In this document: positions 34,089 through 34,166 of the stretch, one piece after another
Layout: every line of letters starts with the position of its first letter
Numbering within the stretch: position 1 is the stretch's first letter
Source of the DNA: a virus
Lineage: Duplodnaviria > Caudoviricetes
IMG/VR virus record: IMGVR_UViG_3300030012_004344
Span: 1-34,166 of that record
Strand: one strand, 5' to 3'
DNA length: 34,166 bases
The notes under the pieces: model-generated
What the model was told of the DNA's origin: nothing
The model's input: only the letters and a program-made list of their open reading frames with translations
Databases searched by the model: none
Position numbers and translations under genes: made by a program

Positions 34089-34166
34089 GTTGACATGTAA
34101 GTGATATGTCCGTGCATCCAGAATGTGCCTCCAATATCACTACCATCTAATTCTTGATTACCATTC
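34085..34166 (-). CDS. C-terminal fragment of an upstream gene (partial)
   Basis: An open frame from the right edge reads NGNQELDGSDIGGTFWMHGHITYMST-stop. The ending resembles fibre tip domains. Confidence 0.45.
   Translation of the reverse strand, partial: NGNQELDGSDIGGTFWMHGHITYMST

Overview
This window is an AT-rich segment of a T4-like marine cyanophage (Prochlorococcus/Synechococcus myovirus type, judged from gene content and order), read mostly on the minus strand. Positions 1-15.7 kb hold four fibre/structural genes, including a >1,850-codon gene running off the left edge that the ORF track misses. A baseplate/tail module follows: gp5-like pieces, a gp27-like hub, two tape-measure-like genes, gp51, gp26, a gp54-like gene, gp4, gp48 and gp53. 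The core replication/transcription block (gp32, gp59, gp33, exonuclease, phoH, thyX) and small conserved genes up to a glutaredoxin come next. Two signals stand out. (1) A compact, terminated nitrogen-sensing cassette at 32.07-32.43 kb: a perfect NtcA box, two tandem glutamine-riboswitch-like aptamers and a 47-aa DUF4278-like gene. (2) A candidate programmed -1 frameshift (T TTT TTC, with GGAGG 10 nt upstream) that would fuse gp26 to gp51 just upstream of the tape-measure-like gene, resembling the lambda G/GT tail-chaperone arrangement. All family calls come from motif recognition and gene order, not from database searches.
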